Below, one piece after another: positions 47,621 to 57,205 of a DNA stretch of 64,000 nt. This stretch comes from Candidatus Saccharimonadia bacterium (GTDB taxonomy: Bacteria; Patescibacteriota; Saccharimonadia; UBA4664). The translations under genes were made by a program, and so were the position numbers. Each line of letters begins with the position of its first letter. The stretch's first letter is position 1. Where the stretch lies: positions 512 through 64,511 of the forward strand of contig JBBSBR010000001.1 of assembly GCA_038251135.1 (NCBI GenBank), in the 5' to 3' direction. The notes beneath the pieces were generated by a model. That model had not been told where the DNA came from. It was given only the letters and a program-made list of their open reading frames with translations, and searched no databases.

Positions 47621-48975
47621 CTAAAGTCGAAGCGTTCGCTATGGATCAGGCGGACCGGCAGCCCGGCGGCGTGAAGCGTTTGGCTGACGCCTTCCATCAT
47701 CGGCGGCGGACCGCACAGGTAGACCTCACGGCCGATAAAATCGGGAACCAGGCGCGTCAAAACTTCCGCATTTATGTATTCCTTCGGCTGCGACGGATCG
47801 TCGCTTAAGACGTAATGAACCTCAATGCCATAGTGAGCGACCGCAAGTTCTAGTTCGGATCGAAACGTGATATCGGCGGTAGATCGGGCGCCGTAGACCA
47901 AGACCATATCCGAGACGCCTTCGACCGCCAAGTGCTCAATCATCGCGCGAATCGGCGTAATGCCGATGCCGCCGGCAAGCATGAGAAGCTTATTGGTGCT
48001 GCGCGTCCGCGGCGTAAAGCGTCCGTTCGGGCCGTCGATAATCACGCGCGTACCCGGCTGCAGCTGATTTAGCCTGGCCGAGTAGTCGCCGAGGGTTTTC
48101 GTCGTCAGCCGCAGATATTTGCCGTTGGGGGCTGCCGAGAATGAAAATGGATGCCCCTGCCACCAAAGACCTCGGCTGAGGAAGTACCAGCTCGCAAACT
48201 GACCCGCTTCAAATTTAAAATCCTCAAGCTCTCGGCCAGTCACGTAGATCGAAATAGAATCGGGGGTGTCCTGAACTATCTGCGAGACGACAAACCGATG
48301 ACGCCAAACATTATAAATTGGCGTGGCAAAGCGGTAGATCACGATTATTCCGAATGTTAGGCCGTACAGCAGCGCCCAATAACGGGCATACCACGGGTGG
48401 GTTATAAAGTCCGGCCCGACCGCGATTTGGTGTCCGAAAGCGAGCAGCACCATCGCGTAGGCCGACAGGTGAATCAGATACCAATACTCATACCTTAAGT
48501 ACTTCCTGGCCGCCGCGACCGACAACCCGACAACCGCGATCAGCAGCCCGAACGCCACCGCCGCCTTCCAGACATCGGCATAGTTGGTGATGAAATCAAC
48601 GAACTGCGGAATGTAGGAAGTATTGTAGACAAACGAATACCCGATCGTAATGAAGAGGATGTGCGCCAGGATAGCATAAAACGCCACGTAGCCGTTTATT
48701 CTGTGAATGCGAGTCAAACCGTCCTTACCGAAAGCCCGTTCAAGTACATCGATACGGGCCAGCAGCAAGAGTTGTATCAAGATCAGATAGGTTCCAATCA
48801 GTGCTCCGAGATGGCTGAGAGCAATGGCGGCACTGCCAAAACTTGTGATATGACCCAGCCCCGTCCACCAGATAGCTAGGATGAGGCCCAGGTTTATCAG
48901 AAAAACCGCCGATGCTAACGCTCTTAGGCCGGCGTCGGCACCGCGGAACCAAGTTAGCGGTCTGGTAGCGTTCAT
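47617..48975 (-). CDS. Ferric reductase-like transmembrane heme domain + FAD/NAD(P)H-binding domain
   Basis: HRING..AH and YEYWYLIH..GH heme His; HPFSFS, DGPNG, AGGIGITP, YLCGP, HSERF. Confidence 0.92.
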   Translation of the reverse strand: MNATRPLTWFRGADAGLRALASAVFLINLGLILAIWWTGLGHITSFGSAAIALSHLGALIGTYLILIQLLLLARIDVLERAFGKDGLTRIHRINGYVAFYAILAHILFITIGYSFVYNTSYIPQFVDFITNYADVWKAAVAFGLLIAVVGLSVAAARKYLRYEYWYLIHLSAYAMVLLAFGHQIAVGPDFITHPWYARYWALLYGLTFGIIVIYRFATPIYNVWRHRFVVSQIVQDTPDSISIYVTGRELEDFKFEAGQFASWYFLSRGLWWQGHPFSFSAAPNGKYLRLTTKTLGDYSARLNQLQPGTRVIIDGPNGRFTPRTRSTNKLLMLAGGIGITPIRAMIEHLAVEGVSDMVLVYGARSTADITFRSELELAVAHYGIEVHYVLSDDPSQPKEYINAEVLTRLVPDFIGREVYLCGPPPMMEGVSQTLHAAGLPVRLIHSERFDFS

Positions 48976-48982
48976 AAAGTGA

Positions 48983-50014
48983 TTATGCCTCCACGGCCTT
49001 AGTATTCTCTGAGAGCTTGGCTTCCGGCAGCCGGATCGTCACGGTCGTCCCCACATCCAGCGTACTCTCAATTGCAATGCTGCCGTTATGACGCTCGGCA
49101 ATGGCTTTGGCCAGCGACAAACCCAACCCGTAACCCTGACTTTTTTGCTTCGTCCGCGAGGTGTCGGCCTGATAGAAACGATCGAAAATATGAGGCAGAT
49201 CGTCGGCTGCAATACCGACGCCGTGGTCGCTCACAGCGAGAACGGCCGAACCGTCTTGCGAGGTTGTAGACAAATTAATCACCGAGGCGTCATGACTGTA
49301 CTTAATGGCATTGTCGATCAATATGGCCGCCAGCTCCACCAGACTGGCTCGGTCGCCGATAACCCTGGCGGGTTTGAGATCAGCGGTAATTTTGATACCG
49401 CGATGCCCCGCCGCCTTTTCCAGACGATCACGGGCACTTACGGCAACATCCTCCAGATTCACCTGGTCGAGTTCGAGCGAATTGTCATCTTCTTCATACT
49501 TGGCGAGCTGCAGCAAACCGGTTGAAAGTGACTCCAGCTTGGCAATCTCCTCAAGATTACTTTGCAGTTGGCCCTTCAGGGCACCGACTTCCGGCTTCTT
49601 ATCCCGCAGCATCACCTCGATCTCGGTCTTCATAGCCGTCAGGGGGGTGCGCAATTCGTGCGAGGCATCGGAGGCGAAACGGCGCTGAGCTTCATGCGCC
49701 GCTTCGATCGGCTCCAGGGTGCGCTTGGCCAAAAAGTAGCTGGCGACGCTACCGGCTCCGAGCAAAAAAGCGTCGAAGATGAGCAGATTCATGAGAATCC
49801 GGCGGGATCCCTGCTCCAAACTGTCCTGCATTAAGCCCAAAGAATATGTCGGGTCAAGGCGTTGATCCACTGCAAGCCGATGCGTTTCGCGCAGCAGGCT
49901 GTCGGTCAGCTCATTGGTCGCCACCCGGTAAAAAGCCACGCTAAATAGCACGCAGATTACACCGACCATCAGGACGTACCAAGCAGTCAGGCGTATAGTT
50001 GCCGAACGAAACAT
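48983..50014 (-). CDS. Sensor histidine kinase
   Basis: Two TMs, DASHELRTP, IDNAIKY, DHGVGI, GYGLGL. Confidence 0.95.
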   Translation of the reverse strand: MFRSATIRLTAWYVLMVGVICVLFSVAFYRVATNELTDSLLRETHRLAVDQRLDPTYSLGLMQDSLEQGSRRILMNLLIFDAFLLGAGSVASYFLAKRTLEPIEAAHEAQRRFASDASHELRTPLTAMKTEIEVMLRDKKPEVGALKGQLQSNLEEIAKLESLSTGLLQLAKYEEDDNSLELDQVNLEDVAVSARDRLEKAAGHRGIKITADLKPARVIGDRASLVELAAILIDNAIKYSHDASVINLSTTSQDGSAVLAVSDHGVGIAADDLPHIFDRFYQADTSRTKQKSQGYGLGLSLAKAIAERHNGSIAIESTLDVGTTVTIRLPEAKLSENTKAVEA

Positions 50015-50694
50015 TAAGCTTCCACACTCAATTTATAACCAAAGCCGCGCATGGTCTGAATGAGGTTGGGACCCTTGAAAGGACGGTCAATCTTGGTCCG
50101 TAAATAACCGATATAGACTTCCACCGTATTAGGCAGAACCTCGGCGGCGTCGTCCCAGACGTGCGTAATGATATTTTGCTTCGTCAGGGTCTGGTTCTGG
50201 TGGCGCATCATGTATTCGAGCAAGGCATACTCTTTCTGGGAGAGCGGAATCGTCTTGCCGGCGCGAGAAACCTGATAATTGACCGTGTCGAGCTGCAGAT
50301 CATCCAACTTCAGGATATTTCCCAAGCTTTCGGTCGGGCGGCGGAGCAACGCACGCAGGCGCGCCAACAGTTCGTCGAAGGCAAACGGCTTCGCCAAGTA
50401 GTCATCGGCGCCGTAGTTGAGACCCTGTACTTTGTCTTCGATCTGATCCTTGGCGGTCAACATTATGACCGGCGTCTGAACGCCCTCCCGCCTCATCTCG
50501 GAGACGATATCCAAACCTTCGATCATACCGGGGAGCATCCGATCAAGGATCACGATATCGTAATCGGGATCAAGCGCATGTGCCAAACCGTCATCGGCGT
50601 CATAGGCCACGTCGACAGCGTAAGACTCCTGTTCGAGTCCGCGTTTGAGAGCCTGGGCAATCTTAACTTCGTCTTCTACTACCAAGATTTTCAT
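50014..50694 (-). CDS. OmpR-family response regulator
   Basis: LVVEDE, LDRMLP, GADDYLAKPF, VEVYIGYLR, TMRGFGY. Confidence 0.96.
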   Translation of the reverse strand: MKILVVEDEVKIAQALKRGLEQESYAVDVAYDADDGLAHALDPDYDIVILDRMLPGMIEGLDIVSEMRREGVQTPVIMLTAKDQIEDKVQGLNYGADDYLAKPFAFDELLARLRALLRRPTESLGNILKLDDLQLDTVNYQVSRAGKTIPLSQKEYALLEYMMRHQNQTLTKQNIITHVWDDAAEVLPNTVEVYIGYLRTKIDRPFKGPNLIQTMRGFGYKLSVEA

Positions 50695-50744
50695 TGGATA
50701 TATTGTAACCTAAATCACTGAGGAGTTGCTGAGGGTGCCGCCCT

Positions 50745-51314
50745 CTAAAACCATTTTTCGATATGCTCAGGTAAATATTTTCTCAGTAAGCGCCGTTCAT
50801 GCCAGCGAAAAAATAGTATTCGATCAAGCCAATTGTCTCGACCCAGGGGCTGCACCAAAACGCTCGTCATACCGGCAGCATTGGCACCCCAGATGTCTTG
50901 CACCAGCTTATCCCCGATCATTGCCACTGCGCTTGGCCGGTCATGTATCGCCGCCAGAATATATCCGTAAAAACCGGGAAGCGGCTTAAACCGCCACAAT
51001 CGGGGCTGGGTAATATGCAGACCCAGCTCGTCCCTAAGCCACTTGAGGCGTCGGGGGCTGTTGGTGGCCAATCGAATGGAGGCAAAACCCCCGGCTGCCT
51101 GAAGGTTGATCATAAATTCCCGGATATCCGGATCAAGTCGATGCACGCCGAATGAAACGAGCGTATTATCGACGTCAAAGACCAAATGCCGGACTCCTTG
51201 AGCTCTCAACCGGTCATAATCAACCGACTTGATCCCGGGAGCAATAAAGTTCGGTACCTTACTGAAATGGTACCGTGAAGCCAAGTTTTGCGACGGTTTA
51301 TAGATTTCTTCCAT
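50745..51314 (-). CDS. YqeG-like HAD IIIA phosphatase
   Basis: FDVDNTL, ATN, KP, MIGDKLVQDIWGAN. Confidence 0.9.
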   Translation of the reverse strand: MEEIYKPSQNLASRYHFSKVPNFIAPGIKSVDYDRLRAQGVRHLVFDVDNTLVSFGVHRLDPDIREFMINLQAAGGFASIRLATNSPRRLKWLRDELGLHITQPRLWRFKPLPGFYGYILAAIHDRPSAVAMIGDKLVQDIWGANAAGMTSVLVQPLGRDNWLDRILFFRWHERRLLRKYLPEHIEKWF

Positions 51315-51458
51315 ACCGCTCAAGTATACACTCAAGCCCGTCGGTCAACGAAACAACGCATGCGCTTAGCCTGGTTGAACCTGGATGCCCGCAAGGAACC
51401 GCCATCCTGAATACCGCCGCAAACTGCCCCTCCGATTGTAAGATGCCTAGTTACCCAT

Positions 51459-51704
51459 TTATTTCTCGCTCCTCGAACTTAAAACGGCCCGCTTCTCTTC
51501 GAACTCCTTGGAGTCAATTTCTCCCTTGGCAAAGCGTTCTTCGAGTATTTCCATTGCTTTTGGAGTTGCCGTCGACGACCGGTTGGCGCCGAGCAGGTAT
51601 CGAACCAAGAACACGATTCCCACTATCAGCAATGCCCAAAAGGCCAGCATCACAATCCAGCCCGGTCCGCCGGTCTGCATCATTTCATATCCGTGATCGT
51701 ACAT
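51459..51704 (-). CDS. SHOCT-domain membrane protein
   Basis: TM + AMEILEERFAKGEIDSKEFEEK. Confidence 0.88.
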   Translation of the reverse strand: MYDHGYEMMQTGGPGWIVMLAFWALLIVGIVFLVRYLLGANRSSTATPKAMEILEERFAKGEIDSKEFEEKRAVLSSRSEK

Positions 51705-51818
51705 TGTCGCCTCAATAGTTACGTGTGATGTTATACTATCAGTCCCACCTGAGAAACGACTGTGGAACGCGAAAATCCATCAATCGCCCGATAGCATCCG
51801 ACGCGCGTATGCTCGCCG

Positions 51819-52217
51819 CTACTCCTGAATGGGCACCGTCGGGTGAACCGTTAGAGCGTAAATGATAAATATGTCGATAGTAATCACAATTACCGACCAG
51901 ACTGGTGATACCGGCAGGAAGACCAGGTTGGCAAAGGCACTAACCATCGCCAGCATGATCGCGATCACCCGGCCGAACATGCCGCCGCCCAGCAGTGAAA
52001 GGCCGGCCAGCAGGAGCAACAGACCGACGATCAGGTGGATCCAGCCCCATGTCGTGACGTTTACGATCAACAACGCATTGGGCACCACCACGTAATAATT
52101 GGTGTTAAATAACGCAACGATACCGAAGAACGCCTGGAAGACGCCTGCGAGTACCATGAGGAAGCCGGCGAAGACGCCCCAACCGCTTAGTTGCTCGCCA
52201 GATTTTAACTCTGCCAT
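51819..52217 (-). CDS. Four-TM membrane protein (actinobacterial-type)
   Basis: GWGVFAG..G.FQ..GIVAL..WGWIHL..P.WS..ID..IYAL; AAGGAG SD. Confidence 0.8.
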   Translation of the reverse strand: MAELKSGEQLSGWGVFAGFLMVLAGVFQAFFGIVALFNTNYYVVVPNALLIVNVTTWGWIHLIVGLLLLLAGLSLLGGGMFGRVIAIMLAMVSAFANLVFLPVSPVWSVIVITIDIFIIYALTVHPTVPIQE

Positions 52218-52309
52218 AATGAACTCCTTACTTACGAACGTTACTTAGTAATTGCGCCACCAGTATATTCTCAGGTAACTCTCAGTTCAAGATACATTTA
52301 TACAGGGAC

Positions 52310-52350
52310 AAAAAAAAACAGCCTCGCCGACAAGATGCCGGCGAGGCTGA
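52310..52350 (-). terminator. Intrinsic terminator of the DUF1653 gene
   Basis: CAGCCTCGCCG..CGGCGAGGCTG followed by a T-run on the minus strand. Confidence 0.75.
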
Positions 52351-52361
52351 CAGGCGTAAAC

Positions 52362-52643
52362 CTATACGGAGTATTTGGGAATTTCGGTACCCACAAAGGT
52401 AAATCTGCGCATTGGCACGCCATTGTGTTCCACCATGTCGACGAAGCGCGTGAGCGGACGAAACGCCATACGAACACCGCCTGCCGGATAGAGAGGCACA
52501 TAGATGACACCGATCTCTTCGGTTTCGGTGTGGCGCGCAATACCGATCACCTGGTAATACCGCTCTTCGGTTTCGGTATGCTTGTAGTGGCGGTAGATCC
52601 CAATACGTACCGGGTCGTTCCCAGCGCGAACTGCCGAGACCAT
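52362..52643 (-). CDS. DUF1653 family protein
   Basis: GIYRHYK..YQVIGIARHTETEE..VIY..RP...F..RF. Confidence 0.88.
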   Translation of the reverse strand: MVSAVRAGNDPVRIGIYRHYKHTETEERYYQVIGIARHTETEEIGVIYVPLYPAGGVRMAFRPLTRFVDMVEHNGVPMRRFTFVGTEIPKYSV

Positions 52644-52790
52644 GGTTCACCCTCTAGTGTCCTGAGTCGGATAAAGGTACGCTTGTTGCTTTGACAGGGG
52701 CTTGAATCAAGTAATCTTCATACTACAATCAACCCGGACCACCGCCAAGCATAAGAGTTCCGGGAATACTGCCGGGATGATGAACGCCTG

Positions 52791-53288
52791 CTAATCATGA
52801 TCCGTTCCGCCTTGAATTAAATGCGGTGCAACGAAACGATGGTAGCCAAGATACAGAACTATCACCAAGCCGATGGTCACACCTACAAACGAATACATGC
52901 TGTTCCCGGAGGCGAAACCCCGGCCGAGACTGTACAGCAGGACGAAAGAACCGCCGAGCAGGACTCCGTCGGCCAGTAATTTAATTCGTTTTTCATAGAC
53001 TAAACTGATCGCCAGCAATATGACCGACGCTATCAGGGCAATGATCGAGACGTTGCGGTTATATGGCTTCAGCTCATTCATATACTTTTCCATCTTGACG
53101 TCATACACGCGCTGCACTGCGAGCTGGGCATCGGTCGGCTCTTTGCCCAAGGTGTTGAGCTCAATCGGGTACTGCGGAGCCTGGGGTCCGGGATAGAACG
53201 TATTTATGCCGATTCCGACAAACAGGGCGACTAAAAGACCGAGAAAGAAAGTATATACGAGCTGCAAGATTTTGGTGCTTTCGGTCAT
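52791..53288 (-). CDS. Membrane protein (TM, P-rich loop, three TMs)
   Basis: GINTFYPGPQAPQYP..YNRNVSII..GVLLGG. Confidence 0.8.
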   Translation of the reverse strand: MTESTKILQLVYTFFLGLLVALFVGIGINTFYPGPQAPQYPIELNTLGKEPTDAQLAVQRVYDVKMEKYMNELKPYNRNVSIIALIASVILLAISLVYEKRIKLLADGVLLGGSFVLLYSLGRGFASGNSMYSFVGVTIGLVIVLYLGYHRFVAPHLIQGGTDHD

Positions 53289-53360
53289 GATCGTCGCCCC
53301 CGTTCAGTTTCTGATTTGCTAAACAGTCCGAATTATCTTTTACGGGCTTACGATAGACCA

Positions 53361-53389
53361 ATAATGCACCTTGCTGTAAGGTGCATTAT
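53361..53389. terminator. Hairpin/palindrome (terminator or operator)
   Basis: ATAATGCACCTT-gctgt-AAGGTGCATTAT. Confidence 0.5.
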
Positions 53390-53413
53390 GCCGAAAGTTA
53401 TTTCGAGGACTAA

Positions 53414-53965
53414 CTAGCGCTTTGAGTTCTTGAGCTTGCCTGCGTGCATAAAGCCAAGCGCCGAGAGTACGAGGAGCAGTAGTCCGCCGACCAGCGAAAC
53501 ATAGGCTGCGTACATGGCAATTACCGCCATGGTGTCGAACGCATAGGCGTTCAGGAGCAGGCCGCGCAGCGTCTCGCCGCGGAATACCGTCTGCACCTGT
53601 CCGGCCAACTTCTGGTCGGCGGGACTGGCGAGGGATTTACTGCTCAACTCGGAGTAGGTCAGTCCGCCCCCAATCGCTTTGATATGTACGGCGATATAAT
53701 GATCGGCGAACACTTCGGCTTGGGCTCCTGTCAGGACCTCTTGCCCGGCGTACAGGCTAACCGCCGCCTTGTCGTCGGCCGGAAGCCCTGCCAGCGATGT
53801 ACTGTCCGCTGCCGGGAAAACAATTTTTTCGGCAGCCAGCTGGTCGTGGACTTGCGTATGGACAAAGTTATGAGCCCAAAACAAGCCGACTGAGGCTGCC
53901 AGTAATAAGACGCTGACGAGCAAACCGGCCGAGGACAGTAACATATCTAATGTTTTTCGGTTCAT
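53414..53965 (-). CDS. Conserved two-TM membrane protein (actinobacterial-type)
   Basis: QLAAEKIVFP, YAGQ..TG.QA..FADHYI.VH, FRGETLRGLLLNAYAF. Confidence 0.8.
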   Translation of the reverse strand: MNRKTLDMLLSSAGLLVSVLLLAASVGLFWAHNFVHTQVHDQLAAEKIVFPAADSTSLAGLPADDKAAVSLYAGQEVLTGAQAEVFADHYIAVHIKAIGGGLTYSELSSKSLASPADQKLAGQVQTVFRGETLRGLLLNAYAFDTMAVIAMYAAYVSLVGGLLLLVLSALGFMHAGKLKNSKR

Positions 53966-54164
53966 GATTTTCCCTGCCTAATTCAATGCATTATCCACAT
54001 CATAATAACACTTATGCTTAAAAAGCATTGTGATCGGCGTCACAGACAAATACAACCATTGCCACCGCAAATCAAATGCCCCAAGCGTGGGTCCAAACAT
54101 ACCCGCTCCCGCATTACGGAGGCCGACGAGCCGGCCGACCCGGGCAATTAAGCTGCGGATAAGC

Positions 54165-55805
54165 CTATTTAACGCGGCTGACCCGGGCAAGAGCCAAAGC
54201 GATTCGCGCGAGTCGGGTGGGCACCCCTTCGTATACGACGTAACGCGGCTGCCATTGGGGCTCAAACTTGGTCTTGAATTGGCGCAACCCCCGAAACGAC
54301 AAAAACGGTTGGTTGATTCGGTAAATCAAATGCAGTAGTTTTTCTTCGAACCGAGTCTCCCCCTCGCCCAACCCCGAGAGCGGCGCCAAGCCCAGATTAA
54401 AAGTTGCCACGCCGCGATCATTCAGGTCGATCAACAGCTTCAGAAAAAGAAAATCCATCAGGTTGCTGGGCGAGTCGGGAACGTAGCGCATCAGATCGAT
54501 ACTGGTCTCGCCGGACGCCGACGCCGGTATCTCGTTGGTGAAGGCCCGTGCCCGACCGGCTTCATCCCGCAGCACGAACAACCGACACTGCTGCATATAC
54601 GCAGTATTAAACGAACCCGCCAAAAAGCCCCATTCCCGCCGGCCGGCATCCCGCCTCCAAGCCCGCGAAATTTCCGTGATCTCGCGCAGCAAGGTTGCGC
54701 TATGCGGCGGAGCATACCAATCGGTGTTATAGCCGGCTTTCGTAAACCGGTTGTTGATGTTGCGAAAATGCTTGTCGTTTGACGTTTTCCCAGCAAAGTT
54801 TGGTACGTCAATGACGGCGTCTTCCCCTATCTTGATGACGCTTAAACCTATCGACTCATAAGCCGGCAAATAATTGTCCGTGGTATAGATAAAGTTAGTT
54901 GTCCAGCCGTGAGTTTGGCAAAACTGCTTAAATTCGCGGAGCAGATCAGGAATAACCGCATCCCGACCCACCGGGTCGCCTAGGCAGAGGGCGATACCCG
55001 ACTCCACGGCATAGGCTATAACTGCCTGGTAACTCGTATCAAAATAATAGGATTTATCACGCGGCCACAGCTTAAAAAAGTCTTCGCTCGTTCGGCTGTA
55101 ATCCGCGATCAGATCCTGCGCCAATTGGCGATCATGAGGCAACGTGCGGTAGCGGTAATCCAGCGGGCGAAACAGACTGTACAGGCCGTACCCGAGCGAG
55201 GCGGCGCCCAGAAAAAATAACGAATCCAGAAACCAGCGTGCCTGATGGGTGTACGGCAGCAGATCAGGGTTGCCGATCAATAGATACGCGTTGATGGTTC
55301 GCTGAAAGGCCTCCCCTAGCGATAATGACACCCCGAAATTTCGTTCACCCATAAAGTAAAACCCGGCCACGCCGTAACCCAGCGTCAACAAAACGCTTAA
55401 ACCCAAGACCAACAAACCCTGCTTGATACTGCGCGATTCGCTTCTCGCGTTGAAATACGGCCGGCATAGCAGAAGTACGATTCCGGCCAACAACGGCCCG
55501 ATCGCGGTAATGTCGGTCGTCGGTCTGAGCAGGCTCACGGCGACCAACAACCAGGCTATAACGGTAGCAATCCACCAAGCCACCAACTTGCGCTGCCATA
55601 ACTGAATCGATACGTACATCAAGACGAAGCCGAGGAACAGGTCGAGCGAACGGGCAAAATCTTCAAAACCAACCGGTGTAATGATGGTTTCGATCCGCTC
55701 TGGCATGCGATGCGCCAACGGGATCATGATCGCCAGCAAGCCGTTCAAAAACACAATTCCCGCGACTAGTTTAACGGTCCACGATTGCAATGCGGCGCGC
55801 GTCAT
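54165..55805 (-). CDS. Aminoacyl-phosphatidylglycerol synthase (MprF/LysX synthase, DUF2156) with short membrane region
   Basis: DKSY, LGDPVG, KIGEDA, IDLMR, FNLGLAPLSG, F.GLRQFKTKFEPQWQPRY. Confidence 0.9.
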   Translation of the reverse strand: MTRAALQSWTVKLVAGIVFLNGLLAIMIPLAHRMPERIETIITPVGFEDFARSLDLFLGFVLMYVSIQLWQRKLVAWWIATVIAWLLVAVSLLRPTTDITAIGPLLAGIVLLLCRPYFNARSESRSIKQGLLVLGLSVLLTLGYGVAGFYFMGERNFGVSLSLGEAFQRTINAYLLIGNPDLLPYTHQARWFLDSLFFLGAASLGYGLYSLFRPLDYRYRTLPHDRQLAQDLIADYSRTSEDFFKLWPRDKSYYFDTSYQAVIAYAVESGIALCLGDPVGRDAVIPDLLREFKQFCQTHGWTTNFIYTTDNYLPAYESIGLSVIKIGEDAVIDVPNFAGKTSNDKHFRNINNRFTKAGYNTDWYAPPHSATLLREITEISRAWRRDAGRREWGFLAGSFNTAYMQQCRLFVLRDEAGRARAFTNEIPASASGETSIDLMRYVPDSPSNLMDFLFLKLLIDLNDRGVATFNLGLAPLSGLGEGETRFEEKLLHLIYRINQPFLSFRGLRQFKTKFEPQWQPRYVVYEGVPTRLARIALALARVSRVK

Positions 55806-56227
55806 GACGAGCCTTCGGGGCGGGTAAGCCTGATGATGGCCCGGCTCGCCGTCCACAGCGAGACGGCAGCCAGCGGCAGCTCGATTCCGACGGCCAACAG
55901 CGCCGACAGGCTCAATTGCGTACCGGGGTGGGCCGACAGCACGTCAAACCAGGCGTCCACCACCAATAACGTACTCAAGGCCGTAGCCGATAGGATCAAC
56001 CACCGGGAGTGCCGGTAGACCAGGTAGGCCGTGGTCGCCAGCGCCACGAACAAAATCATGTCGAAGCCCACCCATGCCAGATCCCAATGCCGGAAGACGT
56101 GACGCGTCGGCAGCGTATACGAAAGGATGAGAATCCACGGAATCAGAGCCACCGTCAAAACGGTATAAATAATCACCAGCCAGCGTGGCAGCCAGCGCTC
56201 CGGCAGGACTGGATTAGGTATAGCCAT
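55802..56227 (-). CDS. Four-TM membrane protein coupled to the MprF-like gene
   Basis: LIPW..L..TLP..HW.LAWVGFD..DAWFDV; ATGA overlap. Confidence 0.8.
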   Translation of the reverse strand: MAIPNPVLPERWLPRWLVIIYTVLTVALIPWILILSYTLPTRHVFRHWDLAWVGFDMILFVALATTAYLVYRHSRWLILSATALSTLLVVDAWFDVLSAHPGTQLSLSALLAVGIELPLAAVSLWTASRAIIRLTRPEGSS

Positions 56228-56330
56228 AACCCAATCATAGCATTTATAGTCACCGGGCTCCCCAGGGGAGACGGACTCGGCTTTTTTTATGGTGTAATAG
56301 GGTTATTTGGGTGTCAGGAAGTACTATCTA

Positions 56331-56377
56331 TGCTATTAATGTAAACTGTTTACATTAATAGCAATATTACCTATACT
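56331..56377 (+). promoter_or_regulatory. Promoter with a perfect 16-1-16 palindromic operator
   Basis: TGCTATTAATGTAAAC-T-GTTTACATTAATAGCA (56331-56363) overlapping -35 TTTACA; -10 TATACT 17 nt downstream. Confidence 0.8.
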
Positions 56378-56403
56378 TAAATACATCAGATAAGTAAGGT
56401 CAG

Positions 56404-56805
56404 ATGATGCAACCAACCACAGTCCACCAGCGGCAGACCAAGTATTGCGATGCCATTGAGCATACGCTCAATACCCTCGGACATGCGACAAATGCCGAGT
56501 TACTGCAGAGTCTGCGCGCAACATTTCCCGATGTCAGCGCTACGACGGTCCACCGCGCTACCGCCCGTCTGGCGGATCGTGGCGCGATCGGGTTTGCCCC
56601 GCCCTCACCGGACGGGTCTATGCGCTACGACGGCAACATTGCTGCTCATGATCACTTTATGTGCAGTGAATGCGGCATGATCAGAGACGCGGATGTCGTC
56701 GGTAAGGTAATTCCAATCCTGGAAAGCTCAATCGGCGGCTGCAATATATCCGGCCGGCTGTCGATCAGCGGCATATGTAATAAATGTAAGGAGAGCAAAT
56801 CATGA
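56404..56805 (+). CDS. Fur/PerR family transcriptional regulator
   Basis: HATNAEL, VSATTVHR, RYD..HDHFMCSECG, GICNKC. Confidence 0.9.
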   Translation: MMQPTTVHQRQTKYCDAIEHTLNTLGHATNAELLQSLRATFPDVSATTVHRATARLADRGAIGFAPPSPDGSMRYDGNIAAHDHFMCSECGMIRDADVVGKVIPILESSIGGCNISGRLSISGICNKCKESKS

Positions 56806-57188
56806 AATTAATCGGCGCAATCATAGCGGTCTTTGTCGTCCTAGGGGGTATCTTCATGCTCTCCCAAAACAACAGCAACCCCGCCGAAGCGGCAACCTTC
56901 CAGAAGGTTCAGGCAGACATCGCCAGCGGCGGACAGTTGCTGGATGTGAGGACGCCCGCCGAATACAATGGCGGCCACATCGACGGCGCCATAAACCTGT
57001 CGCTGCAGGACATACAGGCCGGCACGATGCCGACCTTGGCCAAGGACAAGCCGGTTTACGTCTACTGTCACAGCGGCAGCCGGTCCAGCCAGGCAGCCAC
57101 CGCACTCAAGGCGGCCGGATACCAGAACATCATTGATCTGGGGCCGATGACCCACGTTGAGGCCATTGGTGGAAATATCAAATCGTAA
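56802..57188 (+). CDS. Membrane-anchored rhodanese
   Basis: TM; LDVRTPAEYNGGHIDGA, YCHSGSRS. Confidence 0.93.
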   Translation: MKLIGAIIAVFVVLGGIFMLSQNNSNPAEAATFQKVQADIASGGQLLDVRTPAEYNGGHIDGAINLSLQDIQAGTMPTLAKDKPVYVYCHSGSRSSQAATALKAAGYQNIIDLGPMTHVEAIGGNIKS

Positions 57189-57205
57189 CTGATTAAGGAG
57201 ACCTA

